A stretch of DNA of 43,743 bases from Verrucomicrobiota bacterium (GTDB lineage: Bacteria; Verrucomicrobiota; Verrucomicrobiia; Limisphaerales; JAHEOI01). The notes beneath the pieces were generated by a model. That model was given only the letters and a program-made list of their open reading frames with translations, was not told where the DNA came from and searched no databases. The position numbers and the translations under genes were made by a program. Location: contig JAHEOI010000230.1 in assembly GCA_018610125.1 (NCBI GenBank), forward strand, positions 1 to 43,743. The letters run 5' to 3'. This document shows positions 43,742-43,743 of this stretch, piece after piece (position 1 is the stretch's first letter; each line of letters opens with the position of its first letter).

Positions 43742-43743
43742 CC

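Noticed and set aside
1-43743. Search for tRNA, rRNA, tmRNA, RNase P, SRP RNA and canonical riboswitch cores.
   Set aside because: I saw no T-loop GGTTCGAATCC-type motif in an intergenic context, no RNase P GAGGAAAGTCC box, no SRP GGAAGCAGCC-type motif and no rRNA-like stretch. A covariance-model scan is still needed to be certain.

Overview
This 43.7-kb window looks like an ordinary chromosomal segment from a PVC-type bacterium (Planctomycetota or Verrucomicrobiota), at roughly 55% GC by eye. The assignment rests on gene content: a DUF1549/DUF1553 (PSCyt2/PSD1) + DUF1501 pair, Tat-exported Gfo/Idh/MocA and xylose-isomerase-like TIM-barrel proteins, a formylglycine-type sulfatase, a CRTAC1/ASPIC-UnbV FG-GAP protein, a PEP-CTERM protein, GtrA and an O-antigen-ligase-like protein. 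I call 28 protein-coding genes (one cut by the left edge), one decayed tyrosine-recombinase pseudogene, several terminator hairpins and a set of short repeat families. I found no rRNA, tRNA, CRISPR array, intact transposase, or recognisable defence or toxin system. The best candidates for under-described biology are: (1) a translationally coupled two-gene module at 37.4-40.4 kb, in which a single-pass MCE-like protein is followed by one polypeptide fusing an MlaF-type ABC ATPase to an MlaE-type permease; (2) an operon of three lipoproteins (468-aa TPR-like, YcfL-like, LpoB-like) plus a 650-aa two-domain protein at 15.0-19.4 kb; (3) a 1354-aa secreted protein with CARDB and IPT modules, a tandem unrecognised 80-aa two-cysteine module and a C-terminal domain with a clan-CD-like His/Cys arrangement; (4) non-coding architecture. 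The non-coding items are a 105-bp repeat present twice in inverted orientation (97% identical) with a diverged third copy next to the integrase remnant, a mosaic of REP-like hairpin modules in the large intergenic regions (four of which share the two scored families), a perfect 22-bp-stem hairpin overlapping a stop codon, and a ~90-nt extended palindrome in a divergent promoter region. All functional calls rest on motifs read by eye from the translations. No database search was run.
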